From Podarcis cretensis (taxonomy: Eukaryota), in contig OX638164.1 in assembly GCA_951804945.1 (NCBI GenBank), forward strand, positions 26,784,001 through 26,848,000: DNA of 64,000 nucleotides, written 5' to 3'. The position numbers and the translations under genes were made by a program. Shown here in pieces: positions 60,153-64,000 of the stretch. Every line of letters starts with the position of its first letter. Position 1 is the stretch's first letter. The notes under the pieces are model-generated. The model had not been told where the DNA came from, searched no databases, and saw only the letters and a program-made list of their open reading frames with translations.

Positions 60153-60540
60153 TCTTCTTTGGCAATCACTCATAGCCGAGTAAGATTGTCTTCCATAAAC
60201 ACAGTTTTAACCATGAGTCCGTAAGGGACTGTGGAGGCCAATTCTGGATCCACACGTCCTTCCACAGTGGGGACATTGGTTTCTGGGTGGGAGTTGATTA
60301 CGGTGTGGATTTGCCAAGTGTGCCTTCCTCTTAGCACGTTTCTCCCTTGTGTCCAGGGTTCGAGTGTCTTCAAAGCCCATGATACCTTTGGTAAAGGCTG
60401 TTCTTCAACTAGAGCGCTTGCAGGTTAGTGTTTCCCAGTTGTCAGTGTTTATACTACATTTTTAAAGATTTGCCTTGAGACAGTCTTTAAACCTCTTTTG
60501 TTGACCACCAGCATTACGCTTTCCATTTTTAAGTTCAGAA
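60153..60540 (-). mobile_element. RTE-clade LINE 3' fragment
   Basis: A minus-strand frame reads QQKRFKDCLKANL..NTDNWET..CPHCGRTCGSRIGLHSPLRTH (RTE C-terminal zinc finger). Confidence 0.8.
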
Positions 60541-62599
60541 TAGAGTAGTTGCTTTGTATTGTATTAAACACAGCTGGAAGTTGGTTTGCTTCAGTAAACC
60601 ATAGGTAGCATGCTAGCCACAAGTTATCCAGGTCTGGACACAAGAAACTGTGGTTAGTTGAAAACAGATATGAGCCCTTCCAGTCTGCAATTCAGGGAGA
60701 TGGGAGAGGAAAGCACATGAAGCTCATGCATGGAAGGCTAAACTATGTTACAGCTCAATGTTACAGGAGAACACAGCCAGCAGTTTGTCAAGGGCTAATT
60801 ACAACTTTATGGCAGAGACAAGTTTTGAACCAGTCAAGGACTTCCTGATTCAGGATTTGTTCACAACATCTAGAGAGTACCACACTGGGAACCCTGATGC
60901 AGACATTATTGAGATAGATGAACCAACCTTCAGATTGGTTGTACAAATGCAAGGCTGCATTTTTCCCAGTTCTCTACTGTATGCATAACTACTTGGCAAA
61001 TTGGTTGTACAAATTGCCCTGCCAAGTGGTGTGTGTAGAATTCCCATTTCCCCCGAAGAGTGATACAATCCTTTTGCCCCCCTGGTGATGATATGGATCA
61101 CTGTCTTGCCCAGCATGGCATGACTGTGATTCACAGTTTCCGCATCCCAATTTCAACTGGGGAGGAAAGAGTGAGCCTTTCCTCTAATTGTCTTAATTTT
61201 CAAACCCAAACTGCTCCAACACTCCTGCTAGGCCTTAAGCTGTTTTGATGATGGTTAAGCTGTCAAAATCAAAATATTAAGCGATGATTTAATTGCCGAT
61301 ACGTAGCCCACTCCCGGTGTGACTTGTGTGTGTGTATCTGCTGGGGATATGAATTTTAAGAGTATTACTCTCGAACCTTCCCCTTCCTTGTTAAGCTTCT
61401 GCAAGCAAGCAAATGTACATTTTTTAAAACCTGCAAGCTGCACCTCAGATTTAGCCCTCAGCTCAATCTGCTGCGATCAGTCCTCTTTCCTTCAGGGGTC
61501 TGCATTTCCCACTGGGTGGGGAAATTTGCAATGCTTTTCCTCCTCTTTAATCTCATTGGAGCAGAACTCAGAAACTCAGAAAAGCGGATTAGGATAATTT
61601 TCATGTTTTGGCTACAATGGAGGGCTCCAGCACTGATCCATCAGAGTTCCCTAAGGCATGCTTAGTTGGGAACAAGCACCGCCGAACCTAGCAAATGTGT
61701 GTAGAATTAAGCAGCTTGGAAGCAGCTTGGATGAAGTTTGTTGTGCGGAAATGCTACAGCTGCTTTTTGAAATGGGGAAGGAGGACTGGACAGTAGCTGG
61801 GCGAGAGGAATAAGCTAGGCAAGGCATTCACGAAGGAGAAGTCTTTCGCTGGATATGAGTCAAGATGGCTCTATGGGACTTCCACTAACAGAAGAAGTCT
61901 GCCATTGAATACCAATTGCTGGGCTGGGGGCAACAACAGGATAGAGCTCTCATCTACGTGCCCCTCTTGTGGACCTCTCAGAATCATTTGCTGAGTTCCT
62001 CTGATGTTCCTAAGTATCATATGAGGACTTAAGTCTACCTTCGCCTTGTCAGAATGGGTGCACTGCAAAGTAGAGCCTGGCATTCTTATGCAAGAGAAGA
62101 CTGTGTGACTCCTGTTGAAGTTGGGGTACAACTCAGCTTACAGAAAGGGGTTTGCATAGGGTAAAAATTTAGAGCAAAGGACCTCCGGATCCCCGGACTA
62201 ACCATGTACATTTGATGTCGCAGAGGAGGGCAGCCAAGATGATCGAGGGTCTGGAAACTAAGCCTCACGATAAATGTTTGAAGGAGCTGGGTATGTTTAC
62301 CCTGGAAAATATGGGCACATACTGAGAGGATCCATTAAAAAGCAACTGTACCAAAAGGAATTATTGTGAAAATAAGAAATATTGGTGGGGGAGGCGATTT
62401 CATCCTCTCTCAGGACACCACATTACCAAAGTCCACCCCTGCCCCTTTGAGACTCCCCCGCAGCTTTGCAGTTTCCAGAAGTGTTCTGAAGCAGTGGTCT
62501 TCAACTGGTCCAGACCCAAGACTCACCTCTGACCCACTTCCATGTGATTTATGCTGTAATGCTAATGAGGCACATTAGTAATCCTAAAATGGCAATTCA

Positions 62600-62840
62600 C
62601 AGGGCGGTGTAGTGGTTAAGAGCAGTAGACTTGTAATTTGGTGAACCGGGTTCGCTTCTCTGCTCCTCCACATGCAGCTGCTGGGTGATCTTGGGCTAGT
62701 CACACTTCTCTGAAGTCTCTCAGCCTCACTCACCTCACAGAGTGTTTGTTGTGGGGGAGGAAGGGAAAGGAGAATGTTAGCCGCTTTGAAACTCCTTAGG
62801 GTAGTGATAAAGTGGGATATCAAATCCAAACTCTTCTTCT
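62600..62840 (+). mobile_element. tRNA-derived SINE (non-Sauria family)
   Basis: A-box GGTGTAGTGG, B-box-like GGGTTCGC, (CTT)-type tail. An older related copy lies at about 56040-56240. Confidence 0.75.
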
Positions 62841-64000
62841 ATATACCTAGGGTTGCCTGAAGATTACTACTAAAAAAACAACAACAACCCAGTTATTTTT
62901 ACAGTTGTTCTTAGCCAAAAGGCTTAGAAGCTATTGAGAATCATTAGTACTTTTTATTAGGAAAAGACACATGGGTGGCAACCTCTGTGCAGCTGAGCTA
63001 AACCAATGCGGTGGACACTTCTGCATTCTAGTCCCCAGCAGAGCAGTTCTGGATGAAGTCTAGAAAGCCAGAGAAACCGACTCAAAAGTGAACAGAGGGT
63101 CCCTGCTCCATAGAGAGCTCCCTTAGCCCTCTATCTTCTTTCTTGAGAGAGAGAAAAAGGGCTCCTGCCTTTCTCCAGCCACTCATGGAAACTGCAGGAA
63201 CGAGTGTGTCATAAGAAGAATGTGTTTTCCTCCAGAGAAACTGTATTCAACTGTATTCTTGGGTTTGGTGAGCCTTAGCTGGAATCCAAGACAGCAGCAA
63301 TGGCTTTGCTGAGACTCACCATGGCCTTCTAACCCAACGTCAGAATCCTGACCCACTGGTTGAGGACCTGTGCTCTAAGGCACCCAGCAAGTTGGCCATG
63401 TACAAACCTTGTCGGTGGGAACTGCTGTGTCTTTGGAGATTCCCATTGCCTTATGGGTTCTTAGGGGTTCTGAAAAAAACAGCCAAATGTCTCATGTTCT
63501 CATGTTTGCCTTCAAGATAACAAGAGCCTTGACAAGTTTTGGAAGTATTAACCCGGCTGCTGAGGAGTTTTGCTATAATCCGCTTCTTACATTCCTTAAT
63601 TCTCCGATTTGCTGGAATTACCAGCCTTTAATATGGCGCGTGATCGTGACTGCATTGTAAGCAGAGAGCAGGTGAAGTTTTGCCTCTGTACTGATTGGGA
63701 GATCGGATATATACCGTAACGTTAACATACTTTTCAAATATAGGTCGTCGTCCATGGTGGGGGAGAGACCTCCCTCTTTGTAATGCCAACCCCAGATTTT
63801 CATAGGCCTGGATTTTTGTTCCAGTGGCATAAGTTAGAATTTCATATCACTCTTTGTTGGGCAGGCTTCAGAGGCAACATTTTTCTTGTAGAAAATGCAG
63901 ATTTGAGAAATGGTGCTTTTATATATATATAGTAATTCTTTCTGTTAAAGTTCAGCACAATGGCTCCATGATATATTTAAAGCAGCAGCATACCATTTTG

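Noticed and set aside
62600-62670. tRNA gene
   Set aside because: The A/B boxes belong to a SINE head; there is no complete cloverleaf. The same applies to the Sauria SINE heads.
57700-64000. DRD2 3' end, expected downstream on the minus strand by synteny
   Set aside because: No GPCR TM6/TM7 coding sequence is recognisable; a 3' UTR cannot be identified by eye.

Overview
Vertebrate genomic DNA, almost certainly from a squamate lizard (Sauria SINEs, BovB, CR1, L1, L2, RTE and Penelope-like repeats, Tc1/mariner and hAT MITEs). It covers part of the NCAM1-TTC12-ANKK1-DRD2 synteny block. On the + strand I can assemble three genes by hand: the last 9 coding exons of TTC12 (302-13196); a complete 8-exon ANKK1 (45785-57658, 761 aa); and between them an intact 6-exon gene with no counterpart I know of at this position in human (20440-42454, about 2083 aa). 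That gene encodes a signal peptide, a single 5.5-kb S/T/P-rich mucin-like exon, a ZP-C domain with no recognisable ZP-N partner and no furin site, a TM helix and a short tail. Other notable items: a Penelope-like inverted-repeat insertion carrying a minimal hammerhead ribozyme and an exact 128-bp copy of a neighbouring TTC12 exon; an unprocessed, frameshifted copy of sepiapterin reductase exon 1 in a TTC12 intron; a near-full-length CR1 in intron 1 of the ZP-C gene; and a GC-AG intron in TTC12. All gene models were built by eye from splice signals, phase continuity and remembered protein families. No searches were run.
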